Assembly: GCA_037441385.1 (NCBI GenBank)
Contig: JBBISH010000115.1
Location: forward strand, 1 to 20,488
Length of the DNA: 20,488 nucleotides
Direction of reading: 5' to 3'
Source: Myxococcales bacterium
GTDB lineage: Bacteria > Myxococcota_A > UBA9042
Part shown: in pieces, positions 10,064 through 18,673 of the stretch
Layout: each line of letters opens with the position of its first letter
Position numbering within the stretch: the stretch's first letter is position 1
Position numbers and translations under genes: made by a program
Notes under the pieces: model-generated
The model's database searches: none
What the model saw: the letters and a program-made list of their open reading frames with translations, nothing else
Told to the model about the DNA's origin: nothing

Positions 10064-12215
10064 AGGCGGCGCGTACGGCCTGGGCGATCGGTTTGGCCGA
10101 ATCGAACCGCTCGACGGGCCGCTTGGCCATCGTGCGGAAAATGACCTCGACCACTTCGGACGGCAGCCCAGGGTTGTAGCCGCGCGGGTCCGGGACCGGG
10201 TCCACGGCGTGCGAGACGAACACATTACCGGTCACAAACGGCAAATAACCCGTGCACATACGGAACAGAATCACACCCAGCGCGTAGATGTCGGCGCGGT
10301 GGTCCACCGCCGAACCGTCGAGCTGCTCGGGCGCCATGTAGTAGGGCGTGCCGGCCAGGACCGAGTTCTCGCCAAAGCCTTCGTTCAAGACGCGGGCGAG
10401 GCCAAAATCTAGAAGCTTTACCTTACCTTGCTTGTCTACCAGGATGTTGTCCGGCTTGATGTCGCGGTGGACCATGCCCTGGGCGTGGGCGTGGTCCAGG
10501 GCCTCGCAAAGCTGGTCCAAGATGTTGCACAGCCACTTCTTGTCGGCGATCGGCACGCCGTGGCTCAGGTGCGACGTCAGCGGCTGGCCATCGACGAACT
10601 CCATGCAATACCACGGCACGCCGTCGGCCTCGCCCATGTCGTAGATGTGCACGATGTTCGGGTGGTTGAGCGCGGCCGCCAGCTGCACTTCCCGCAAGAA
10701 ATAGCGGCGAGCCACTTCGGTGGGCATCGTGCCTTCAATCATGAACTTCAGCACGACCTGGCGACCGAGCAGCTTGTCGGTGGCGCGAAAGACGATGCCG
10801 TTGCCGCCCTGACCCAGCCGCGCCAGACCGCCGTAGCGAGCCCCAAGACGGGCCGGCACACCCGGCGGCCAGCCGGGCTCGGGCAAATCGCCCGCCAGCG
10901 CGTCGCCGTCGTCCATGGCCGTTTGCGTATTCTCTGCAGCCAGTTGCCCCGCCTGGGGCAGCGGCGCCGTGAGCCGCGAGGTCGCAGGGCGCGCGCCGGG
11001 GGTCGCATCGCTGCCGGGCTTGGGGGCGAGCTTGGCCGAGACATCGCTGAGCCATCCCTCCAATTCAGAACCGACCGTTGCCATGGGCACCAGGCGGTCG
11101 ATGGCGGCCCGAGCGCTGACGTGGTCGCCCGCCGACAAGAACGCCTCGATGGCTTGCCGGCCAAAGTCCTGGCGTTCTTCGCTGGACACCGACGCCTTGA
11201 GCAGGGTGAGCAGCAGGCGACCGCCGCCGACCATGTCCCCGCTCTCGAACATGATTTCGGCGGCCATTTTGCTGAGTTCGACATAGCCGGCATCGGCGGG
11301 CGTGGCCGACTTTGCGACCCGCAGCGCCTCGTCTTTCATGCCGCTGGCCAGACGCAACTTGACCACGGCCAGGCGGTCGCCCTCGCGGAGCAAGCATTCA
11401 ATGACGCGTTCGGTGTCGCCGGCGCGTTGGAAGTAGACCGCAGCCTTGCGGTAGGCCCCGGCTCGCGCAAGCAAGCCCGCAGCTTCGGCAAAGGCGCCCG
11501 CTTCGCTCAAGTGCTCCACGGCGGCGTCGGTCTGGCCCATTTGCCCAAGCAGACGCCCCCAATTCAGATGGTCCCCGGTCTTCTCTAGGCAAATCAGGGC
11601 CCGCGCTGGGTCTTGCGCCTGGATCCAGCGCTCGGCCGCTTCGGAAAATTCACCAGCAGCCTCAAGTACTTCCGCTTCAATGGGCAGGGCCTTGTGCGGC
11701 TGCCCCGCCGCGCGGTAGAGCACGGCAGCCTTGTCGGTCTTGCCGGCCTTGACGTAGTGGTCGGCGGCCGCGGCTTTGTCGCCCACCTGCTCGGCGGCCT
11801 CGGCTGCTGCTGCCCAATCTTCTAAGCGAATCAAGACCTTGAGCAAGCGACGGTTGTGACCGGCCCGCTTGTAGCACTGGGCTGCGGCGTTGTCGTCGCC
11901 CGCTTTCTCAAAGAGTTCGGCGGCTTGCTCCCAGTGCTTGCCCGAGCGGAACGCGCGCGCAGCGTCGGCCGGCCGGCCCAATTCCAGAAGCAACTCGCCG
12001 GCTTTGACCCAGTCGCCCGCGTCCAGGGCCAGCCGGGCCGCCTTGTCGACGTCGCCGTCGGCCAAAGCCCGCTGCCAGTCCGAGGAGGGTTTGGAGGGTT
12101 CGGCCTTTTGGGCACTCGAGAACCGCTGCAACATCCGCCTGATCGCAAACCCGCCGCCGACGACCACAATCGCCAGGATGGAGTAACTGATGATGCGCGG
12201 GTCGACGCCGTCCAT
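10053..12215 (-). CDS. Hanks-type Ser/Thr protein kinase with N-terminal TM helix and TPR/alpha-solenoid-like repeats
   Basis: Kinase motifs LGQGGNGIVF, VVLKF, HPNIV, HRDIKPDN, DFG, GTPYYMAPE and DIYALG. Hydrophobic helix at aa ~8-26 followed by RR. Repeated (W/Y)xxAAxx(F/Y)xxAG units at aa ~45-280. GGAGG RBS upstream. Confidence 0.93.
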   Translation of the reverse strand: MDGVDPRIISYSILAIVVVGGGFAIRRMLQRFSSAQKAEPSKPSSDWQRALADGDVDKAARLALDAGDWVKAGELLLELGRPADAARAFRSGKHWEQAAELFEKAGDDNAAAQCYKRAGHNRRLLKVLIRLEDWAAAAEAAEQVGDKAAAADHYVKAGKTDKAAVLYRAAGQPHKALPIEAEVLEAAGEFSEAAERWIQAQDPARALICLEKTGDHLNWGRLLGQMGQTDAAVEHLSEAGAFAEAAGLLARAGAYRKAAVYFQRAGDTERVIECLLREGDRLAVVKLRLASGMKDEALRVAKSATPADAGYVELSKMAAEIMFESGDMVGGGRLLLTLLKASVSSEERQDFGRQAIEAFLSAGDHVSARAAIDRLVPMATVGSELEGWLSDVSAKLAPKPGSDATPGARPATSRLTAPLPQAGQLAAENTQTAMDDGDALAGDLPEPGWPPGVPARLGARYGGLARLGQGGNGIVFRATDKLLGRQVVLKFMIEGTMPTEVARRYFLREVQLAAALNHPNIVHIYDMGEADGVPWYCMEFVDGQPLTSHLSHGVPIADKKWLCNILDQLCEALDHAHAQGMVHRDIKPDNILVDKQGKVKLLDFGLARVLNEGFGENSVLAGTPYYMAPEQLDGSAVDHRADIYALGVILFRMCTGYLPFVTGNVFVSHAVDPVPDPRGYNPGLPSEVVEVIFRTMAKRPVERFDSAKPIAQAVRAAFKQ

Positions 12216-12230
12216 GGACCTCCGGCGGCG

Positions 12231-12259
12231 ATGTTAGCGTGGACGCGGCTGGTTTCCAA
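12231..12259 (-). promoter_or_regulatory. Possible sigma70-type promoter for the kinase, overlapping the 3' end of the upstream gene
   Basis: On the minus strand: TTGGAA (12259-12254), 17 nt, TAACAT (12236-12231), just upstream of GGAGG-TCC-ATG. Confidence 0.35.
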
Positions 12260-14186
12260 GCGGGTTGCGAACCGCTGCCTGGTACAACCCTACCCGCAGC
12301 GTGGGGTTGGTGCCATACCAGGCAAACGTGGAGGTATCGCCGTGATTGGGCCAGTCGTCGTGCCAAAGTGGGCGCGTCCGGTCGGGTCGAGCCAGCGCCG
12401 CGCAGTCCTCTTGTTCGTGCCCAGGCTGCGGCCACATCGCATCCAGCGGCAGCGCAAAGCAGCGAACCGAACGCAGAAAGTAGAGCGGTCGCGCCGGCTG
12501 TACGCCGTTTTGCAGGCTCTTGTGCACCTGCGAAACCGGCACAGGCAGCAAGCCAGCGGATCGCAACCACCAAGACGGCCAATGCAAATGCAGCCCCCGG
12601 GCAGGCTCGTCGGCGTAGCTACGTACCGCCAACCAACCCGGCGCCGGACCCGACTCCATAAGTTTGGTTAGCAGATCGTCTTCGTCGTGGGCAGCCGTCC
12701 GCTGCAAGGTCGCGGGCAGGGTCGCCGCAGCCGCCAACAACCAAAGCGCCGCAAAGGCCCAGGTCCGTTTGGGTCGCGCGGCCAAAGCCTGCTCACCCAG
12801 CACGGCCAGCGCGACCGTGGCCAGGATTTGGGCGGGCGCTTGCAAGCGCGGCAGCGAAGTCTCGTTGTAGTCGAGCCAGCTGGGCAGCAGCGACAGGACC
12901 GCTACCCCCAACAGCGCCAGCCACCGCCAAGCATGCGCACGATTGGGCAGCCACAACACCGCGGCGAACAGGGCCAGCCATGCGGCCACGGGCCACCAGT
13001 CGGGCCGCCAAAGGACTGCGTCGTGGAGCAAGTGCCGCGGCAAGTCGGTGACAAAGCGCTCTAACTGCGGTAAGTTGCCCGCCGCGTGGTCGGCACGGGC
13101 GCGCTCGCGGGCCAGCCCGGCCACCAGCACCACCACAGGGGCGGCGAGCGCCAGAGGCCACAACGACCGCCCCGGCCGAAGGTTCTTGGCTGAGATCGGC
13201 CCGGCCAGCCACGCCAAGACGGCCAGGCACAGCAGCGCGGTCGGCAGCAAGTCGGCGCGGCACAAGGCCGCGTAACTCAGCCCAGTGGCAAGGGTTATCG
13301 CCGCAACAAAGTCGGGGGCGCGGCGCAGCTCCACGGCGGCCCACGCGGCAACCCCCAGCGCGGCCAGGGCCGGTACGTGCATGGACTCGCTGACATCGTT
13401 GCGCAAGAACACCGGCGTCACCGCCAGCGGCAGCCCCACCCAGCCGATCAGCGCCGCCCTGCCCGTCGCCCGGACGGCAGCCGCAGTCCAAGCCAGCACA
13501 CCCAAGCACCCCCAAACTAACTGCACCGCGTGAACCGGGTATGGCGACTCGCCCATTGGTCCCAGCACCCACGCCCACGGCGCCAGCGCCCCCGGGCCGT
13601 AGCGCGGCACGCTGTCCACAAACCGCGCCTGGTCGAGCCACTCGTAGGCGAAGTAGACGGCCGTCCAGCGCCAAGGCCAAGCCAACCGCAGCAGCAACGC
13701 AAGACCAGACACCGCCAGCAGACTGCGGCGCGCGCGGCGGTCCATGCGGCTCCCAAGCGCCACCGCTAGGCCCGGCAAGGCCCCTGCGAGCAGCGCCGCA
13801 AGAGCGAGCAGAAGCCGATCCAGGGTCGTCGCGGGAGGCAGCTCGGTGCCGGCGCGCACCAGGGGCCACCTCGGCCAGCGCGCAGCCAAGGTCTGCAAGG
13901 CCTGGTCGCGCCAGGCCAGGCACTGGAGGAGCGACGACTCGGATGGCAGGGGCTGCAGCGCCGAATCGAGCTCGACGCTGCACTGGACACGGCCAGCAGG
14001 CTGCAGGCGCCAACCGCTGGCCATCGGGACCACTTGGGCGGGAGGCTCCAGCCCAGCGAGCAGCGCCGGCCACTCTGCGGCAGTGGGCGAGGGCTCTGGC
14101 GGGCGCGGACGCGGCCACGCCAGCACCAGCAGTGCCGACACCAGCGCACCGGTCAGCGTCACGGCCAACGCGCAACAGCGATTCAT
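12234..14186 (-). CDS. Polytopic integral membrane protein, possibly a GT-C-fold (ArnT/PMT-like) glycosyltransferase
   Basis: 650 aa with roughly a dozen hydrophobic segments. GT-C-like features include LALLLRL, an acidic/aromatic first loop (YFAYEWLD), P.FL...SES.H.P, and a soluble C-terminal domain. The function is inferred. Confidence 0.6.
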   Translation of the reverse strand: MNRCCALAVTLTGALVSALLVLAWPRPRPPEPSPTAAEWPALLAGLEPPAQVVPMASGWRLQPAGRVQCSVELDSALQPLPSESSLLQCLAWRDQALQTLAARWPRWPLVRAGTELPPATTLDRLLLALAALLAGALPGLAVALGSRMDRRARRSLLAVSGLALLLRLAWPWRWTAVYFAYEWLDQARFVDSVPRYGPGALAPWAWVLGPMGESPYPVHAVQLVWGCLGVLAWTAAAVRATGRAALIGWVGLPLAVTPVFLRNDVSESMHVPALAALGVAAWAAVELRRAPDFVAAITLATGLSYAALCRADLLPTALLCLAVLAWLAGPISAKNLRPGRSLWPLALAAPVVVLVAGLARERARADHAAGNLPQLERFVTDLPRHLLHDAVLWRPDWWPVAAWLALFAAVLWLPNRAHAWRWLALLGVAVLSLLPSWLDYNETSLPRLQAPAQILATVALAVLGEQALAARPKRTWAFAALWLLAAAATLPATLQRTAAHDEDDLLTKLMESGPAPGWLAVRSYADEPARGLHLHWPSWWLRSAGLLPVPVSQVHKSLQNGVQPARPLYFLRSVRCFALPLDAMWPQPGHEQEDCAALARPDRTRPLWHDDWPNHGDTSTFAWYGTNPTLRVGLYQAAVRNPLGNQPRPR

Positions 14187-14392
14187 GGCAGCCCCGGCGA
14201 GACCGCGCGGTCGCGGTCGCCAACGCCGCGGCCAGAATCCTGGCGCAGCCCACGACGCGGGATCAGGCGCGAACCGTCAAGTCGAAAGGGCATCGCGTGA
14301 CCTCAGCTGCAGCCCAGGCCCGCTCGGCGGCGGCGCCTTGGCTAGCTTAAGGCTTTTTGAGCGAGTCGTGGGGGCGATTTTCGGCTGAAGCG

Positions 14393-14875
14393 TCAGCGGC
14401 CGACCGCGAGCAGCTTGTAACCCGTCTCGAACAAGACCCGGGCTTTGCCGTCGCCGACGTGCTCGACGATGCCATAGCCAAACGTTTTGTGATCAAGCAG
14501 TTGACCAATCTCGGGCTGCAAGGCCGGAGCATAGGCGGCCGCGGTAGCGCGATCGAGCTGGGCCATGCTGCGCTGCCAAACCAGGCGCGCGGCACGCACT
14601 TCGACCGGGTCTTCCTTGGGGGCCACCGAGCGGGCCGTCGCGGTCCGGGGCGCCCGCTCGCGCTTGGGCTCGGCCGAAGCCTTGGCCACTTCGCGCGCCG
14701 TCTTGTACTTGTGCGTGCCCGAGCAGGTACGGCAGCGCACCTGCACCACTTCTAGGCCGACCATGGCGACGATGATGTGTTCGAGGACCCGTCCGCACTT
14801 GCTGCACCAGGCTTCGACGTCGCGGCCCACCGCAGGCTGGGTGGCATCGCGGGCAAGGCGGTGAATTCCTGTCAT
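14393..14875 (-). CDS. Zinc-ribbon protein with C-terminal UvrD/PcrA-CTD-like Tudor domain, 160 aa
   Basis: CSKC (aa 24-27) and CRTC (aa 48-51), a basic linker, then GQLLDHKTFGYGIVEHVGDGKARVLFETGYKLL. Start reassigned to ATG at 14875 with GGAG 8 nt upstream. Confidence 0.82.
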   Translation of the reverse strand: MTGIHRLARDATQPAVGRDVEAWCSKCGRVLEHIIVAMVGLEVVQVRCRTCSGTHKYKTAREVAKASAEPKRERAPRTATARSVAPKEDPVEVRAARLVWQRSMAQLDRATAAAYAPALQPEIGQLLDHKTFGYGIVEHVGDGKARVLFETGYKLLAVGR

Positions 14876-14919
14876 ATTTAAGGCTCCGTGCAACGCGCGG
14901 GGGACGCGCGAGGTGCAAT

Positions 14920-14949
14920 AGGATAAGGGGGCCGACGCGGTTTTGGCAA
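14920..14949 (-). promoter_or_regulatory. Putative sigma70-type promoter of the zinc-ribbon/Tudor gene
   Basis: On the minus strand: TTGCCA (14949-14944), 18 nt, TATCCT (14925-14920). Confidence 0.45.
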
Positions 14950-15044
14950 TCAGAATCGGTGAACGGAACGCAATTTGAACGGAACCCAATTGGCCGGCGA
15001 GCGCGGCCTGACACGGGCGCGAGTTGGGGTGGCGTCTGCGCATT

Positions 15045-15072
15045 TTGCCAATGGCGTCCGCTGGGCTACACT
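15045..15072 (+). promoter_or_regulatory. Putative sigma70-type promoter of the five-gene operon
   Basis: TTGCCA (15045-15050), 16 nt, TACACT (15067-15072), ~40 nt upstream of the ATG at 15114. Confidence 0.5.
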
Positions 15073-15113
15073 GGCAGCGCGACCAGGGCGGCAGGCCCGG
15101 CAGAGGTAGAACC

Positions 15114-15596
15114 ATGTGGGCAGGTTGGAATCGCAAGATGCGAACTCTGGGCTTTGGTGTTGCGGTCGCGCTGCTGCTGGCGTCGCTGGCGGGTTGCGAA
15201 GTGGTGGACAAGGCCCGCATGAAATTGCTGGGCGTGACGGTGTCGAACCCCGAGCCCGAGACCGCAGAGTGGGTGATCCGCGAGGCCCTGCTGGCGGCCA
15301 AGGACAAGGACGAGGAGCGCGGGTGGCAGCGCTTCCAAAAGGTGCTGCACAGCCAAGAGCGCACCACCAATGCCCTAAAGGGCTGGCAGCAGTTTGGCTG
15401 GCCGCGCTTGCGTCGCCAGGTGGGTCTGTACCTGGACGACCAGGATCGCTTTGTCTTGCGCGACTTCCGGACCATGCAGAACGACGGCATCGACTTCTTC
15501 TTGGAGAATCGCGAGCGCGACCTGCCCACCCCCTGCAGCGTCTACTTGGACTTTGCCAACAACAAGCACTGGCGCATCAAGCGCTGCAGCCTGTAG
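15114..15596 (+). CDS. Hypothetical lipoprotein, 160 aa
   Basis: ATG at 15114 with GAGG at 15103-15106 (alternative ATG at 15138). Signal peptide ends in lipobox LAGC. The mature alpha+beta-like domain has two C-terminal Cys (PCSV, RCSL). Confidence 0.78.
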   Translation: MWAGWNRKMRTLGFGVAVALLLASLAGCEVVDKARMKLLGVTVSNPEPETAEWVIREALLAAKDKDEERGWQRFQKVLHSQERTTNALKGWQQFGWPRLRRQVGLYLDDQDRFVLRDFRTMQNDGIDFFLENRERDLPTPCSVYLDFANNKHWRIKRCSL

Positions 15597-15611
15597 GCGC
15601 GACCCGGGACG

Positions 15612-16052
15612 ATGCCGATGATGCGAGAAGTCTTTGAGAAAGGCCTGGCCTCGACCGTGGCCAAGTGGATGCTGGACGGCAGCGCCGACGCCTTGATCGA
15701 GCGCGTAGCCGCGGCGGGCGTGCTGCGCCCCGAAGAAGTCGCCGCGCTCCGCCAAGAGACCCGCGCCCACTTGGAGCGAGTGCGCGACGAGGGCGCGCCC
15801 TATGCCGAACTGGTGAGCACTGCCCTGCGCGAAGTGGGCAAGACCCTGCCGCTGGGCCAATTGGCCGGCGCGGGGCTGGCCGCGGCCAGTCAGCTGCCCC
15901 TGCGCGACATGGCCAACTCCGCGACCCGCGTGGCCTTGGGGATCGCCGCCCGCGCCGCGCAAAGCGCCGCCGAACATGCCCAGACGATGGCCGACGCGAT
16001 GCAGCCGCCCGCAGCGACCCAGCCGCCGGCGCCAGAAGAGGCCGCACCATGA
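15612..16052 (+). CDS. Small amphipathic helical protein, phasin-like
   Basis: 146 aa, Ala-rich. MREVFEKGLA...LIERVAAAGVLRPEEVAAL resembles the phasin-like ORFs commonly found before ABC1/UbiB genes. Its stop overlaps the next ATG (ATGA, 16049-16052). Confidence 0.6.
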   Translation: MPMMREVFEKGLASTVAKWMLDGSADALIERVAAAGVLRPEEVAALRQETRAHLERVRDEGAPYAELVSTALREVGKTLPLGQLAGAGLAAASQLPLRDMANSATRVALGIAARAAQSAAEHAQTMADAMQPPAATQPPAPEEAAP

Positions 16053-17755
16053 GCGCCCTGGGCCGGTTGGTGCAGCTCCCCAAATACGCCCGCAATATAT
16101 CTAGGTTGCGCCATGTTACCGGCACGGTGATCCGCTTTGGCTTTGGCCACCTGCTGGTGCGCACCGGCCTGGATCGCTACGGCGGCTGGCTAGGTCGGCT
16201 GGGGGGACGGCCGCAGCTCGACGAAAGCATGGCCGAACTCAGCTGGGAGCAGCGCGTGCGGCTGGCGCTGGAGGCGCTGGGACCCACCTTTATCAAGCTG
16301 GGGCAAGTGGCGGCGACGCGGCCGGATTTGATTCCGATGTCGCTGATCTTTGAGCTGCGCAAGCTGCAAGACAACGTGGGCGGTTTTGACTTCGAGGAGG
16401 TGCGCGCCGTGGTGCGCCGCGAGCTGGGCGGCGAGATCGACCAGTTCTACGCGACCTTTGACCCGGTGCCGATCGCGGCGGCGTCGATCGCTCAGGTGCA
16501 CCGCGCGACCCTGAAGTCGGGCGAAGCCGTGGTGGTCAAGGTGCAGCGGCCGGGGCTGGACCGGATCATCCAGACGGATCTGGACCTGCTGACAATGATC
16601 GCCGCGGCGCTGGAAGAAAACGTGCCCGAGGCGGCGCAATTCCGCCCCAGCGTGGCCGTGAGCGAGTTCAGTCGCAACTTGCGGCGCGAGACCGACTTCA
16701 GCAACGAGGTCAACAATATCGAGCGCTACCGCCGGATCATCGCCGACAACCCGGATGTGCACGTCCCCGAGGTCTACCCCAGCCTGTGCAGCAAGCGCCT
16801 GATCACCATGGAGTTCATCGACGGCTGCAAGGTGACCGACAAGCAGAAGATCGCCGAATGGAACGTGGACGGCCGCAAAGTGGCCGAAGTCGGGACGCTG
16901 CTGTTCATCAAGTCCGTGTTCGAGCACGGCTTTTTCCATGCCGATCCCCATCCAGGCAATTTCTTCGTGCTCCGCGACGGCCGAATCGCGCTAATCGATT
17001 TTGGGTCGATGGGCTCGGTGGACAGCGACACGATTGATGAATTGCTGACGTTCTTGGTGGCGCTGCTCCTGAGCGACCCCGAGATGTTGGTGACCCAGTT
17101 CATCGACCTGGGCCTGGTGGACGACACCGTCAACGTGCGCACCATGAGCGGCGAGATCAGCGAGATCATGCGCCGTTACAACGGCGTCACGCTGGAGCAC
17201 CTGGATATCGGCGCGTTCATCGCCGAGGTGTTCGAAGCCGTGGTCCGCTACCAGGTGCGGGTGCCCAGCGAGCTGATCCTCATCGGCAAGGCCATCTCGA
17301 CGATGGAGGGCATTGCCCAAGAGATCTACCCGGCCTACGACCCGCTGGCGGCGATCCGGCCGACGCTTGTGCAGCTGTACGTGCGCAGGGTCTTGGATCC
17401 CAAGCGCTATTCGCGCCATGCCTACCGGGTGCTGCACGACTGGTGGGGGCTGCTGAAGGTGGTGCCGGGCGAGACGCGCGGGCTGCTGCGGCGGGCCAAG
17501 GCGGGCGAACTGACGCTGCAAATCCGCCACCCTGACGCCGAGTTGGTGCGGGCCAAGACGGAGCGGGTCGTCAATCGTGCCCTGCTGGCGGGATGGTCGG
17601 TGGCGGCTTGGGTGTTGTTCACCTGGCTGCTGCCGCAGGCGGCCCACGCGCCGAGTTGGGGCGTGCTGTGGTGGTACGAGATTCTTCTTCTTACTCAAGG
17701 GGTTGGCGCTCTGCTCCTGACGCTCGCCAGTTGGCTGCGGTCGCGCGAGCTCTAG
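16049..17755 (+). CDS. ubiB: ABC1/AarF/UbiB-family atypical kinase, 568 aa (family-level call; a ubiquinone role is not implied)
   Basis: LGPTFIKLGQ (KxGQ), PIAAASIAQVH (A-rich loop), VVKVQRP, FFHADPHPGN and LIDFG, plus two C-terminal TM helices. Start at ATG 16049 by translational coupling. Confidence 0.9.
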   Translation: MSALGRLVQLPKYARNISRLRHVTGTVIRFGFGHLLVRTGLDRYGGWLGRLGGRPQLDESMAELSWEQRVRLALEALGPTFIKLGQVAATRPDLIPMSLIFELRKLQDNVGGFDFEEVRAVVRRELGGEIDQFYATFDPVPIAAASIAQVHRATLKSGEAVVVKVQRPGLDRIIQTDLDLLTMIAAALEENVPEAAQFRPSVAVSEFSRNLRRETDFSNEVNNIERYRRIIADNPDVHVPEVYPSLCSKRLITMEFIDGCKVTDKQKIAEWNVDGRKVAEVGTLLFIKSVFEHGFFHADPHPGNFFVLRDGRIALIDFGSMGSVDSDTIDELLTFLVALLLSDPEMLVTQFIDLGLVDDTVNVRTMSGEISEIMRRYNGVTLEHLDIGAFIAEVFEAVVRYQVRVPSELILIGKAISTMEGIAQEIYPAYDPLAAIRPTLVQLYVRRVLDPKRYSRHAYRVLHDWWGLLKVVPGETRGLLRRAKAGELTLQIRHPDAELVRAKTERVVNRALLAGWSVAAWVLFTWLLPQAAHAPSWGVLWWYEILLLTQGVGALLLTLASWLRSREL

Positions 17756-17773
17756 CCCCCGGCAAGGACCGCG

Positions 17774-18664
17774 ATGTTGCGATTGGGACTTGGTTTCTTG
17801 GTGCTGGTCGCCCTGGGCGGCTGCAACGCCTTGGTGAGCCGCGAGGCCTATGACCGCGATCTGGCCGGCCTGAAGGGCCAGGCCGATCAACTCGAGGCGC
17901 AAAAGAAGGGGCTTTCTGGCCAGGTGGACGCCTGCAAGAAAGAACTGGCCACCTGCGTCGAGACCGGCCAGAAGACCGTGCGCGAGCGCGAGATGTGCAC
18001 GGACGAGCTGCAAAAGACCAAGAACGTGCTGGACCAGTGCACGCACCGCGGCGGCAACTGTGCCAAGGACCTGGCCGACACGCAGATGGCCAAGATGAAA
18101 CTGGAGGATGATCTCCGCAAGACCAAAGAGGATCTGGCCGCGGCGCAGAAGGAACGGGACCGTCTGCAAAAGGAGCAGAAGGCGCTGGCCGACGCCCTGG
18201 CCAAGGTGCAGGCGGGGGTCAAGAAGGTGCAGGATCGGCTGCGGGCGTTGGTCGAGGCCGGCAAGCTGCGGATTCGGTCGCGCGACGGTCTGCTGGTCAT
18301 CGAGGTGAACTCAGACATCCTTTTCGACTTGAACAAGGCCGAGGTCAAGCCGGCGGCGCGACCGGTGCTGAGCGAAATTGCCAGTGCGCTGAAGGAGTTG
18401 AGCGACCGCCGCTTCCAGATCGCTGGGCACACCGACGACACCGGCGCCGATCAGCTGAACTGGCGCCTGTCGACGGACCGGGCCCTGGCGGTACTGCACG
18501 AGATGGCGACCCTAGAGGTGCCGGCGAAATCGCTGTCGGCGGCCGGGTTTGGCCCGTATTCGCCGATGGTGCCGAACGACTCGCCCGAGAACCGGGCCAA
18601 GAACCGACGCGTGGAATTCCTTCTGGTTCCGGACTTGTCGGGGCTGTTCGACGCGCAAAAGTAG
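17774..18664 (+). CDS. OmpA/MotB-family peptidoglycan-binding lipoprotein with coiled-coil stalk
   Basis: Lipobox LGGC (Cys17), coiled coil at aa ~22-162, and OmpA-C motifs DILFD, IAGHTDD, NWRLSTDRALAV, AAGFG and NRAKNRRVEF. Confidence 0.9.
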   Translation: MLRLGLGFLVLVALGGCNALVSREAYDRDLAGLKGQADQLEAQKKGLSGQVDACKKELATCVETGQKTVREREMCTDELQKTKNVLDQCTHRGGNCAKDLADTQMAKMKLEDDLRKTKEDLAAAQKERDRLQKEQKALADALAKVQAGVKKVQDRLRALVEAGKLRIRSRDGLLVIEVNSDILFDLNKAEVKPAARPVLSEIASALKELSDRRFQIAGHTDDTGADQLNWRLSTDRALAVLHEMATLEVPAKSLSAAGFGPYSPMVPNDSPENRAKNRRVEFLLVPDLSGLFDAQK

Positions 18665-18673
18665 GGGGCGGCC

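Noticed and set aside
14876..15529. N-terminal extension of the zinc-ribbon ORF (378-aa version)
   Set aside because: It runs antisense through the lipoprotein gene and the divergent promoter region. ATG at 14875 has an RBS.
15665..16048. N-terminal extension of the UbiB-family ORF (696-aa version)
   Set aside because: It overlaps the phasin-like gene out of frame. ATGA coupling at 16049 gives the family-typical start.
17774..18664. Flagellar or gliding stator MotB
   Set aside because: It has a lipobox rather than the MotB TM helix with the conserved Asp, and there is no motA/tolQ-type partner gene.
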